From positions 17,229 through 81,228 of the forward strand of contig ADNK01001134.1 of the NCBI GenBank assembly GCA_000320545.1: a stretch of 64,000 nucleotides of DNA. Direction: 5' to 3'. Each line of letters starts with the position of its first letter. Positions within the stretch are counted from its first letter, which is position 1. Under the pieces are notes generated by a model, which had not been told where the DNA came from, did not search any database, and saw only the letters and a list, made by a program, of their open reading frames with translations. This DNA is from Bigelowiella natans CCMP2755. Taxonomy: Eukaryota > Protista > Cercozoa. A program made the translations under genes and the position numbers. Shown piece after piece: positions 13,895-28,238 of the stretch.

Positions 13895-16312
13895 TCACGA
13901 AGATGTGAGTCCTAAGACGTCCCTGGCATCTGCTATGAGATCGGCGTCTTCACTCGTTATGTTAAGCTCTTCGTCCGTTTTCTTAATCTCTCTGAGTTTA
14001 TCGAGAATACCTAGCATCTGCTTGATTGTCGTCTTGTCAATATCAGCTTCACTCGCATTCTCATCGCCCATGGATGTATCTATAGTCTTCAGGACGTATC
14101 TACAAGTGGTGCTAACCACATAGTCAACCCATTTTTGCATGCAATATGCTGTCATATTCCCTCTTTCTTCTTCTTTATCCCCGCTATCTTTCACTTCCTC
14201 CTTCTCATCTAACGCGCTAATGCTATGGCGAGGATTGTTCTTCTTAGTGTGCTCCAATAATTCTTCCCAGTTTCTTGTTGCTGCAGGCTCTGATAGCATC
14301 TCCACAAAGCGCTTGATTATAATCTCGCTTTGCCGCTTCGAGGCGAACTCGGCAACCTTATCATAGCGCCATTCTGGCATAGCCTCTATGTTAACCCAGT
14401 CATCAACTGCCTTTTGTATTGTCTCCACCTCTGCGCCTTCCATGCTACTTTCTACGGCTGTTATTGAAGTTGATATAGCACTGATGTACTCCTCGTTTGA
14501 CTTTAAATCAGCGTCGTGCTTCTCCGTTTCCGTCTTTGCCTTTTCTTCCCAGTCCTGTGTTAAATAAAGTTGAGCCAGGGATTTCAGCTGATACTTGATG
14601 AGGTTTTTACCATTCTTCTACTATCTATGTACAAACTAGAATGCAAACACTCACTTACTTACTTGCTTACTACACGTGATTCGTCGTTGGACTTACTACA
14701 ACTTCCAGAAACACAACCTACTCTTACTCTCTTATAAAGACTCTCATCATTCTTCTCTCCTGCCTCCCCCACGGTACATCATTTCTTCTTTCTCGTATTG
14801 CGGTGAGATGACATAGAGAATAAAACGTTGTTCTTGCTTTTCACAACTTCGGCACTCGGATACCTTAATCTCCTTCATTTTGCTTTCACAACACTCCAAC
14901 TGCCTTTTGACCTCTTTCTCTCTCCACTGAGCAATGGCTTTGCGATGATTTACCGCTCTCACATGCATCTTCTCGCATGACTCTCTCATACGTTTTCTTA
15001 CATCATCGTCAACATCAATTGCCTTCTTTCCTTCAGCCAAAGTTATCTTTCCTGGTGGTTCTATGCCTTTTTGTGTCTCCTCATCTTTGGCATCCTCGAG
15101 GTATTTCTGCCTCGCTTTTTCCGCCTTTTCGGCTCTTGTTGCTTCGCCAGCACCCCAGGATTTTTTTACAGCTTCAAAGTAGGTCGTCTTAGTAACGTCA
15201 GTCTCCATCACAATGGGGTTATCGGAACTGATCATTATCTCCCAGCCAAGCTGTTCTTGTTGGTGTTTCTGCTCTCCTTGAACCGCCATGATTTTCTTTC
15301 CTTGTGATACTTGATGCAGTGGATCTAGTTGGCATGCAAGTAAGTATTTCTTGGAGCAGCCTAAAGGTATGCTCGGAAAGAAGCATTCTCCAATACGAGA
15401 CATCTTTGATATATGCTTTGAGTCTCCCTTGGGCAGCCCTCCTTCAACTTGGATCTCATTAGCATCGTATAAGTTAACATGAAAGGCCGAAGTTCTGTCT
15501 GTGCAAGCGATTTTCACGCTCACAGGTTGCTGTTCCTCCCCCCCCCCCCCTGCAGCGGCGCATGAGATGAGCTCTCGGAACACCGTGTGTGTGTGATTCG
15601 GAATGTAGTCGCCGCTAAAGTAGGTGATACGAGGAAGACTGGACAGTTTGAACTCCATAAATGGCGCGACGGCAAAGAGCATTATTTTCCAATCGCCCGA
15701 ATCCGTATCATGAGGAAGCCGTAGCGATGCAGTAAGCGAATACCTTTTTATGCGAAACGCAAGAGGGAAAACAACATAGGCAAGTTACGGAAAACGGTAC
15801 TAATCAGCCAAGAGCAGGTAGCGGTGGAATGAAGAAAAGACTAACAAGAGCGACGGCACGCTTTTCATATCAATATCAGGAGCTGATGTTAATTGCTTAT
15901 ACCCAGATTCGTTGACGGAAAGAACCCTAGGAGCAGCATCAAGAAGAAGACTTTGTTGCACTTGTAACGTGTCGTTGTTGACCCAATGGAGAATGACATA
16001 TGGGGCTAGAGACGCATCCAACATGTGCATGCAAGTTGACACACGGAACTTCTCTGATGCCAACTCAATGGAACCCTCCTCCTTTACCTTAGCACCATCT
16101 TCGTTTGATGACGATGACTCGAATGGCCTTGCACTTATACTTTCCGGCACTTTGATTTGAATATTAAACAAAGTTATCCAGTCCCCCTTTTTTTTTCTGC
16201 CATATGTTCCCTCGCCGCTATAATGTACTACATCCCATTCTTTGGTTTCTTCTTTGTCGATCCATTTATACCTACCAAACATCATTCACTTTCAAATAAG
16301 ATATAATGGAAA

Positions 16313-16350
<38 letters not shown>

Positions 16351-18588
16351 GAGAGAGGGGGGGGGGGGAGGGGGAGATGCTATGGTTGCCGGTACCCCTT
16401 TCCACTGCCCCATTCTAAGAACTCGAAGGCCTCATTTGCACATGCGAAGATGTAGCAACCGCATTCATTTGATACGGTGACAGAGTATTGCTTTGCTGTA
16501 TCGATTTGAACCGGCACATAACCAAATCCCGTGAAAACCCGTTGTAGAATCAATTTACGATTGTGGGTATACCAATCGAATTCATGCACTGAAACGACAT
16601 AAGAGTGTTCCAAGACTACTGTTTGCTGCTGCTGCTGTTCCTGATCCAGAGAAGAGGAGGAGGCTCCTCCTCCTTTGGTTGCGAGCGTACATTTCTCACC
16701 ATTGTTTTCATCGTTCTTGAGTTCCTTCGCAGCCTCTACCGTGGCAACATCGCCAACACTTTTCGACTGAAGAGGTTCAAAATTTAAATGCACTGTGATA
16801 GTACTACTCACGCTAGCTGGAGAATCTTCATCCTCTTTCTCCTCCCCCCCTGCTGTTTTTTTGGTGGCATAAAGCAGATGGCGTGGCTGATTTGAAAAGG
16901 GCTTCTTCAAATCTGTCCATAAGTCTTTGATTTCATGTTTATGCTCTAATTTTTCTCTTGGGAACACTGTGGTATAGATGCAGAATCGCTTCCACGCACC
17001 GTGTATGCTCGAAGTCTCTTTGAACGAAAGCGTAGTAGGCTTCTCCTCTTCTTGTCTGCCGTCGAGTGTAAGCCGTTTTCTCCTCTTTTTAAGTCTTGGG
17101 CATAGGTTGGTATATTCCAACATGATCTCTTCTTTGCCTTGGTCACTCCCATTACCTTGAGCACCTTCTTCATCCCCATTTTCTGTTCCTGCATTTGCAT
17201 CTTTGCCTTCGTCCTTGGTTTCTTCATTTAGTTGTCCATTTTTGCCATGGAGGGGTCGTATCAAATAGCATCTTGGATGTGGAATGTGAATCCTGCGCTT
17301 CCGTGCCTTTGGCGTTTTTGGGATCTTCTGTTTCTCTTCGTTTTTGATAGCTGCTGTAGAGGGTTCGTCGTTCTGATCTTGACTACTATCACCAGCATCA
17401 TTAGGTGCAGGGTTGTTCACTGAAGTAGCGTCACCCGCCTGGCCACCATCCTTCATATCCTTTTTTTCTTCAGTGACAGCTGCGCCTTCTCCGTCAGAAC
17501 CCTTCCCCCCCTCTTTTTTTTCAGAAGTAGAAGAAGAAGGTATTTCTGCTGCTGCTGCTGCTGCTGTGTTGCTACTACCACTAGTTTGTTTCTCTTGGTC
17601 ATCTGCGTCTTCTTTTCCATCATCATCATCATTTTGAGGGTTACCACTGCTACTATTGTTACCGGCATCTCCTATCTCTAGTATCTGCCTCACAGTAGGG
17701 CTCATGGGAGGACTTTCTGGCGGTGCGTCAGTAGAAAATGGAGGTTCTTCATACAAAAAAGCCCCTAAACAGGACTCCGCACTCAAGCTGTTGACCCAGC
17801 TGTTTTTCGTCTGGCAGGATGATGATTCAGATATTTCCCCATCTCCATCTTCCCCTTTTGCATCATCGTTAGCACCGTCAACGACCTGTTGTACTGCATG
17901 TTCTTGCGTCGTCCAACCGCATAAGTAATTCAGAAAGTTTGACCCGCCTGGATTACAATCCCATGGCTCTACGTGGCAAAGAGCTTTCGCAATGATGAGC
18001 GGCCAACACTCCCCCGCATCAAGCCATCCCATTGACAACGGGAACACAGGCACTCCGTTCGCATCCACAGGAACTCTATCGTCGATAATTACTGACCGCC
18101 AAGTCGAGTGGTAGAAGATGCGGACCACATACCTCCCATTTGATTGATAGATCGGGACTCCTTTCTTGTCTTGGGGATAGATGTTCCTCCACAAGTACTT
18201 GCCATTCGAAGGAAGCTTCTTTGTCAAGTGTGCTACGGCGTGTGCCACAAAGTTGAGTTGGCTGGTAAGATATGTAGCCCAGTAGTTGTTTGTCCCTGAT
18301 GAGAGATCCTCTTGCTGCTGCTGATTCTTGGGAACTCTAGGGGCAATCTGTGACGATACATATACAAATATCCAATCGCCATAAGAAGAAGAAGATAAGA
18401 ATATAAAATGAGGATTACATACCATAATAGGATCTTTGATAGTTTCATCAATAGGGTCCTCCTCTTCCTCATCTGGCTCCTCCTCTCGTCTCCTCTTCTG
18501 CAATTCGATCTGAGTTAATAATAACAACAGTCCATTAGTTGAAGTATCACCCACCTCATTTTACAAACATAGACAGACATGCAAACAT

Positions 18589-18632
<44 letters not shown>

Positions 18633-19084
18633 CACACACACCGAAGACAACCTCTTTCTTCTGAATATCTGTATATATTTCGTGTATTCTTCGCCAGCCG
18701 ACAGTCACTTTCGCCAGGGTAGGGCAAAGCTTTGGTAACTTTTGCTCGAAAGTGGCACCTTCCAGTTTAGGCAGATTTCGGATAATACTTTCATCCCATT
18801 CCGGGAATGAATATAATTCGCATCGAGTTGTCCCTTCTTCAATTTTTTTTGCATCCTGGAGTATCTGACGCCATGCATTGTAGTGATAGTTATGTATAAG
18901 ATCGCGGTTCCAAAATCGTTAACAAAACTCAATTGATGATTCAATCATTCAATACTGAATACTGTAAGTGGCTATCGTAAAACTCGCTTATTGACCAATA
19001 GTCTTCATATTAGTTACAGACCTCTTGATCTTTCTTTCTAGATTGGAGAACGAGCTCCTCAGGAGCTTCAACTTCTGCAGGCAT
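13895..19084 (-). CDS. ADGB: Androglobin-like (ADGB) calpain-domain protein lacking the globin/IQ segment
   Basis: Motifs FPEWDE; LWRNIYPQ..GVPIYQSNGRYVVRIFY..WRSVIIDDRVP..ECWPLIIAKAL; ILHWVNNDT; DYIPN..VFR; VKKSW..GEATRAEKAEKARQKYL. They are collinear with animal ADGB as recalled. Large exons lie in ORFs 16380-18554, 15800-16285, 14747-15682 and 13895-14443. Confidence 0.8.
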
Positions 19085-20020
19085 AGGACGTCTTCTCTAT
19101 AGAAAGAAACAACCCGGAAGCGTACCACCCGCAGATAAAGTGAATCACAGGGAAGGACGGAACCTGCCCTGTACTTGAAAGCACTTCGAGACGGGGCGCC
19201 TGATGTGACACAACACTTTGATTTTTGCGGTAAAGAGGTAGTCTTAAGCCTCCAAAATTTGGCGTGCCTTCCCCCGTTTGAGTGCAGTATTCTAAATGAA
19301 GATTGTCGTGGGAAATAACCGAATCACTGCAGGGAACAGAGCGATACGGGAGGGGGCAGCCACAGGGGCGTTTCTGGACGAGTAACGCTGAATCAGAAAA
19401 CTAAGAAAGATTTATGTATATAAAATCAGCAATACCACATGAGATTTCTTATGTAGATAACATATTAAAGCTGTCGTTACTTTATTTTAGGCAACATCTG
19501 TATCGTTTTTCATTGATTTGATCTGAACCACTTGATCCCGATTTAAAAAAGTACCCCCGAATTATTAATGTTGGGTACATATTTTTCGGCCACGAGAACA
19601 GATGTTCCTCAGCCTATCTCCATGCAAGATGAGTCGTACGGAACCAGGAGTAAGCAAGATGTGCAACAGATTCATTATATTCAAAATAAGCGACAATGAA
19701 TTAAACGTTTTTAGTCCAAATTTTCTTCCTTGGTATAGCAGACAAACAACTGAAAACCTTCGTTTAGGTAAGCTTTCCTGCCAGCTTCGCTCAGAGCAAA
19801 GCAGAGAAAATTTTTGAGGGCGAAGCTTGGGTCCTGTGAATGAGAGAGCGTCAAATTCTATCCACTAACTTAAGCAATGCGTTATCCTCCCTGCGCAAAT
19901 TTATAAATGGGATGCCTCAATGGAGTGATAGTTTTAACAGCTGTGATAACTAAGTACATCCGCTTGATGCATGCATTGTGTGTTGGAAAAAATCACGACG
20001 TAATTGACACTCTCCTTTAA

Positions 20021-21217
<1,197 letters not shown>

Positions 21218-21580
21218 AGTAGAAATTATCCCCTCGCAAATGGGGGCTTCGGCACATGCATAAAGGAAAAAATATTAGGACGCTCCGGTGGTCACTGCCG
21301 ATGCTACGTTACCTCAAATAAATTAGGTGTAGCTACTGGGACACTATTGTCAAAAATTAAAAAATCAGTAACACACAATAAAATGTTGCGTTTGCTTTAT
21401 TGTTAACGCATAGCGCATGATGGACGTAGTTGCAAGGTGAGAGCGCTCTGCTACTATCTAAAGCTCTGGAGCTCAACTCGCTCTTTAATTATGTGCAGTC
21501 ACAGCATCACAATAGACAGAAGTGTCTAGTCATGTACGTACTAGTAGAGTATGTTTACGACCCATTTGTATCGTTATATT

Positions 21581-21697
21581 ATAGGGACTAATAAGTCCAT
21601 ATACGTGGGTACATGTGTAGTTGTAGGTACATGTGAAGTAGTTGACACACATGTCGCAGACGGCTTATTACACACGCATAGGGACTAATAAGTCCAT
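21581..21697. repeat. 20-bp perfect direct repeat pair (atagggactaataagtccat)
   Basis: Copies at 21581-21600 and 21678-21697. Each contains the GGACT-AATA-AGTCC dyad. Confidence 0.85.
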
Positions 21698-22270
21698 GTA
21701 ATGTACATATACATTGCAACGTAACTCACAGAAACACATCATAGCGGAGACCAACAGATTCAACATAGCTTTGACATGCATGTGGAACCGCTGCATTGTA
21801 CAGCTACATGAGGATGAACATTGAACAAATTTAATTGATTAATATTACATGCATCTTACACATACCTAGACACAGCTAGACAGTTATGCCTTGGGTAGCC
21901 GCTACGTACGACTGCTGGCTACATGATTTATAAGTCGATGTTGCATATAATTATCCATGTAATAAGCGATGTGATTGAATATTTCTGGGCGTTGCAATAA
22001 TGCCGGCAATGTAATAATGAAGGATGACATCAATATTGAAAGAAGTGACGTCTACAATATAACTAAATCTGAATGATGCTGTCTTGACCTTTTACGACGG
22101 CATGATAATCTTTATGAGTCTAATTTTACTATAATCGCGCTGGAAGTATTCTGTCTATACTACCTACAGATCTTCATCTAAACTGAGGAAAGAATAGAAT
22201 GGCTGCTTCATACATTTATGCTCACCACTCACCACACACCGCAATGAATTCGATAACAAATTCCACGCTA

Positions 22271-25049
22271 TTAAGGTGATGTAGGGGCAGGCAAAATAAT
22301 GTCCGACATATCCACTGGGTGGTCGCACGCGGTTCTTAGCCCGGTCTCCTTATTTAGATCTCGGGGAAAGAATCCTTCGTCTACGGCCTGTGGCAGTAGG
22401 AGCTTGTGTGAGTGGTGATGAAGACAATAAAAAATGCACGATAAGTCGTATGTGTCTAGATGCTCAAAATGTTCGAGTGGAATCGGAGTAGAAACCGATT
22501 TTACTCCATACAGGGAGAGCATGTTTGGCGGTTGATGGTGTGGAGAGCTACCATGCTGTAGCTCCAGTATTTCGCTGAAATATCCTTGCTTGCGCTGCCA
22601 TCGACTTTCCAAGCCCAGAAAACCCAACCGAGTTCCTTCTCAAATACAGACTTTTGACCGACAAGTAAGGAAACGTCAAGTAGGAACAAAGTCTCTCAAG
22701 CTCATACAACGGGAGAATAAGGGGAATTATGCGAGATAATAAATTTCTTCCCCATCATCATCATCATCATCATCTTTTATGGAAACGGGCCAGAAAAGAT
22801 TGTTGGACAATTAGTTCATCCTCATCATGGTTTACTTACCCTCTGTCGTTTGGCAAAGTCAGTGACGAGTTCTTTCCATTGGTTGTCGTTGCTCCTCTTG
22901 GCGATGTTCTTGCACTGCCCAAAATCTTGAAACTGATTTGCAGAGCTAGTGGAGCCAGTGAGGAATCCCATACAATCATCTATTGCTAGCGACCATTCGC
23001 CGGTCATCGTCGGTAGGGACGAGCAGGTCTTGTAACGTAGAAGACTTCCATACCCACAAGCCATATCGTTGTGAATAATCTGTTTCATCATGTCATCGTG
23101 AGGGTTGTCGCTGGCCACATCCGATGGATTGAAAGCGTGGTACAAGTGCGTGTCCATGTACACGTTTCTAAAATCAAAGCCCTTACGCCTCAGCAGCCAG
23201 TGCCATTCCTCGTGACGAAAAGCATCACACACCAAAATAGGAAGAGTCCCGTTGATTTGGCGGACCATGGGAATGGCCTTGACGTAGAAATCGCGCACAA
23301 TGCTCATGTCTCCGAAAACCCACGGCTCGTTCATCAGCTCAAGCATGAGGATGTTGTCAACGCCTTTCGAACTTAGCATATTGATGTACTTCGTCATGAC
23401 TTGAAGGATCTCAATGGTGCGCTCTTGATCTTCATCGCTGTAAAACCACCCGTCCCCCCATCTCTCTGGAACAGGGTCCATCGAGCGAATACCGGAGTTA
23501 TCGAGACCGTTTTGACTGCCTGGGGCTCCATGGAGGTCAAGGATGACATGGATGCCGTGTTTAGCTGCGAAACTGATGACCCTGGTGATCGGATGATTCA
23601 TGTCTGTCAAAATGTCCTCATCAGGAGTGATGTAGGGCGCTGGGTCCTGCTGCGCAGCTGCTGCGAAATACCACCAGCCTACAGGTACACGAGCGGTGTT
23701 GATTCCGTATGAGGCCATGAGTTCGAAGTCCTTCTCTGTGTAGAAAGAATCCCAATGTTTCTTGAGAGAGTTTGATAAGCTGGTGTTTCCGGCACCAGCT
23801 TTGCAGTATGTGTATTGGTCGCGGATATCGTCGTTCCATGTGGTGAAGCCCTTGTTGATCCAGGGCTCGAGGACAAACAGCCCACCGACATTGACTCCAC
23901 GTATAGGGTTATCACCGAGAAGGCCTACCCATGGGGTTTTCTTCCATGGATCCACACGTGATGCGCCGCACCAAAGATGCGCCATTCCATTGAAAGAGCA
24001 CGAACTAGGACCAATACCAGCAGTGGTGTTGAATACACCGCCAATGTACGTGCTTAAATAACCAAGATCCCTGAACAATGATTCAACATTTTAAATTGTC
24101 AAAAACATCCCCCGCAGTGCGTCGTTGTACCTCCTAATTTCAAGTTTGTAACTGCAGCTCTCTTATTTGGATGTTGCATTCAACTGTATCCATCACTAAT
24201 CTATTGCTGGGCATCGATGTTTACGCGGTAAAGTATGCAGTGTAGTGTGATAGGCGTAGTACTCTATTCTCATGTTCGACATTATTCTGCAGTCAGTTCT
24301 ATGAAATTATAGTTTATCGATCATATCATTATTACTGTTCCACATCACGTCCTGGAGTGAAAAGGTCAGCGACTCCATTGGGGCAGCTCCAATCCTGGGG
24401 CAGCTGTCCGCAGTTAAAAGTGTGCCCTGGATAGTCTGCGAGAGTGAAAATTCCACGATTTAATCCGCATGAAGATCCCCATATTTGTCCAAGGTTGTCC
24501 CTGGAAGCGGAGTAAGACAATAAAAACAAGGTAAGAGTTGGCAAAGAACGAAAGTTGGATGGATGAATGGACGGCTGTTCTCAAAACATGGATAGATTCT
24601 ACCTGTAGCTATCGATGTTTTCCGCCGTGACACGGTTATCAAGTCGACACTGCATCTCAGAAAAAAGAGCTCCCGCGCGATAAATCTGCAGGGAATTATA
24701 CCAAATGATGAATGACAATAAATATAACGAAGAGGATGGCCAGATAAATAGAATATAAACTGCCGACGTGCAGTGGAAAAAATAGTGAGTTCCCCCTTTT
24801 TTTTCCTATCTGTATATTTCTTCTTACATGGCTCTCGTTGAAGGCCACAATAGCCTCGCTAGGAGCTTGTGCAGGATCATCTCTATGATTGTGGTAGACA
24901 ATAGAGAGAAGAAGGCAGATAGCGGTCATGACAACTACAACTTTGGTTATAGCCTGTCGTGCTCGTTTATCGCCCCACATATCCGAAGCCTTTCTTCCGG
25001 CTTTCCGTCCAAACGCGATAGTTCCATATTCACTGAATTTCCACGCCAT
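22271..25049 (-). CDS. Glycoside hydrolase family 5 exo-beta-1,3-glucanase-like protein with N-terminal membrane anchor
   Basis: IRGVNVGGLFVLEPWI, GINTARVPVGWW, VILDLHGAPGSQNGLDNSG, acid/base ELMNEPW, DTHLY, nucleophile TGEWSLA, GWVFWAWK. Hydrophobic VVVVMTAICLLLSIVY lies near the N-terminus. Confidence 0.92.
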
Positions 25050-25653
25050 GCTGAAACGCAACCCGTGACTTTGTTTTCCGCGGAATGTATCGAGTTACAC
25101 GTAAAATAAAGCTGATTAAACTTTCCCCCACCGTTCTCAATGCAGAAGCAGATTCTAATCCTCTTATAAGTTAGATCCAATAAACTTAGTGTTCGGTCAC
25201 TATTTCTGTTCGTTGTAATTAGGAAGTGAGAAAATGATGGCTATAGGTGATCCCTCCCCGCCTCTCTTTCCTTTCTGTTCCACTGAATTGCCAACAAAAC
25301 TTAAATCTATTCCTATTCTCACCGAGAAATGCCCTATAATTCGTACGTGATGCAATCATTTCTTGTTGACTCATGGTATAAATAGGAGCAAAGGCTGGTA
25401 CGGAGCTTGTAGATACGAAGCTGCTATGAATAAGTGTAGTCGCTCAAATAGGAATTCTGCATATTTATTACTAGCGACACCGGTTTATAGGGTACTTCCC
25501 AAAGAATTCATGCTAAACTTTATAAAATAGGATATATCTGGTTGTCGCATATAGGAATTCGCCTTATTCGGTGAACTAGCAGAGGCAACTGGTGCTTTCA
25601 AACGAAATCGGTGGCACCCGCGCGCGAACTACGAATCCGCCCTCAGTACGACG

Positions 25654-27266
25654 ATGGCCTCTGCATGGCCGTCGATGCCTTCCCTTACGCAGACGATTGC
25701 CACAATTATCACACTCGTTACTGTCAAGTGGTTCTTCTCTTCATCTCCTTCTTCGTCTCAACGTGTACGGTTGCAGCAGCAGCGACTTCGTAGTCATCAC
25801 GAAATGGGTACTACCACAATGCCTATGCAGCGGATGATGCAAAGACGACGCTTGTCCCCCGCCTCGCTCCGCAGTAATGTTCTCCAACATAAACCTAGTT
25901 CGAAGCTGGCCGCGGCCAGCGGAAGTGAATCATCTAGCCCTCCTCCTTTCACCGTGGAAGAGCGGGATCGGGTCATATCATCACTACAAAAAGTATCCGT
26001 TAAAGCTGACGGGGTCGACTGGGCTAAACTAAAGCAACTCATTTCGAGCACAGCACATCAATCACACAAGGATTGGGAAAATACGGAGAGGGCGTCCGAC
26101 GTGCTGGCTGGCATTATCGGGGGCCCGGATAATGCCAACTTTAGGAGCATGTTCGAACGTGTACTTGGAGAAGGGAACTGGGAATCTGCCGAGAAGAGCG
26201 CAAATGCTAGGCCTTCAGGGCAGAAGCCATGGGCAGTCCTCGTGACTGGTCTGAATGGGATAAGGTAATTTATTGGATGTCGTTGTCCACTGAGAACCCG
26301 ATCGTTTACGTTAAAATGGTGATGACTTACTTAATCATCGCATTTCATCGCATCATTACTATTATTTCACAATGTATTGTCTTATTGCTTAGGAAAACCA
26401 CCTCAGTGTATCAGCCATGGTTTAAGAAAGCACTCTTTGAGGCTTTACAGCTGAAAACTGGGAGCGCCGCTACCAAATCGTTGCTGGGACTGTCGACATT
26501 GTCTTCCTCATCTTCGAGTATTACCAAAGAAGAGGAAGAAGCATTGCTTCAAATTCTTCCTGATGGAACAAATTCTTTCTTTCGCCAATTGGATTTCATG
26601 ATCGCCACGGTCGCAAACGAGGAATTCAAGGAGCTGTATAAGATCGAGGATATTCCTTCTTATGCGTCGAAGAAAAGCGACATCTTCTCTCGATACCGAA
26701 TGCTGGCGGAGATGCTGGGAGTTCTCCTCGTGAAAGAAGCGCAAAAATCCAAGTTGAATGTGATGGTTGAGACTAGTGGCAAGGATGTTGCTATGTTCCA
26801 CTATGTTGACAAGTTCTTTCCAGACGAGCACTACAACAAGCTCGCACTGCATTTCACAATCGATGACATTAAGTTTGCAGAGGATTCTGTTGACACACGA
26901 ATGTTACGTGAAATGAAAGATGGGAAAACAGCAATGAATCGCCTGGTTGGTCTTGAACAAGGTGCAGCGTCAAGGTCGCCTTCTCACCCATCCGAGGTTG
27001 CAAGCGCTACGAAGACGATGATCGATGCGAATGCAGGCGGTCCGTATGGGTCAGCGGTTCTTAAAGGCGTCCAAGAGGCTTCGGACAAAGTTTGGTCTTC
27101 AGTTATAGAAGGAAAGGACGAAGTAAAGGGTGCGGGGGAATCTTGGTACAAAGCTTCATTTGCGATTAATGCGAGTGATAGCAAGCCATGGACATTAAGT
27201 GCAATCATCCCTCCCAAAGGAGAGGAGCCTATTGCAGCTTCTAGATATGTATTCGAACGCAGATAA
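25654..27266 (+). CDS. Zeta-toxin-like P-loop kinase with putative bipartite plastid presequence; 2 exons (intron 26265-26392)
   Basis: Splicing yields WAVLVTGLNGIRKTT (Walker A-like) and LNVMVETSG (Zeta-type Walker B region). The N-terminus is hydrophobic, followed by a Ser/Arg-rich, acid-poor stretch. Confidence 0.7.
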
Positions 27267-28238
27267 TGTATAATTAAAATGCTGCTTTATAGTACACCCG
27301 GCTGAAGCGCCACGTCTTTCGAAAGAGTGAAAAGATTCTAATATTCCGAATTTTTCCCGGCATGACTCATGGAGCTTTGGGGTGTTTCCCAATATTAACA
27401 GTGTCAAGCTATTTAATCCCCTCAGAGCTGTATCGTATTCTAGCTCGTAACCTTAATTGATAACTACACAATTTACAATCAGATGATATCGTCATGAACG
27501 ACCTAATAAATGATGCAAGTCAATTTAGATATGTATATATGATGCATGTACACACACAATATTGTGTAGTTTCTAAATGCAAGTACGTGGCAGATGCCTC
27601 AATGTATGTGACGGCTGTAATGAACAAATCAAAATTTGTTTTCAAATTGTGCCACCATCTAGCCATGATGTAGCATTATTAGAGCAGGCTCAATGCGATG
27701 TGTGCCGATGATCAGATCGAACTAGCGAATCGGAGCGCAAACGCGAATGCTGCCAATAAAAGCTCCCTCCTTAGAGCGCGTAAACGAGTAAGGGCTCTAG
27801 GGCTCCAGCGGCTGCATGCGTGCGTGCATGCATGTGTGTACGTGCATGTTCTACACGCTGAGACGACTGCTTGTTTGCTCTGCTACTAATGCTAAGGTGT
27901 GTGTGTAGTAGCATTAGCAAGCGCCGAAATTGTGGTTACAGCTGGCGCGATAATAGACACAGTCATCGCGTGGAGGAGTCGATCCTAGAAATGCTAGAAG
28001 GTCATTATGAACACCTCCACATCTAGACATTTCTAGAAACCATGTCACCGGTCATGCAAATGTCTCTATCTAGATCTCTAAAAGCGTGAGTAGGTAACTC
28101 ATCATCAACCAACCACATGCGCAGCAACGGCTGCAACTATACAACAGGGCGCATCTAGCCAGTACACAGCAATAAAATGAGACATAGGCTGCCCCGTAAA
28201 TGAAATTCAAGCATCGCATCGCTAGATAGTAGTATCAA

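Noticed and set aside
21581-21697. CRISPR-like repeat-spacer-repeat
   Set aside because: Only two 20-bp repeats with a 77-bp spacer, in a eukaryotic context with no cas genes.
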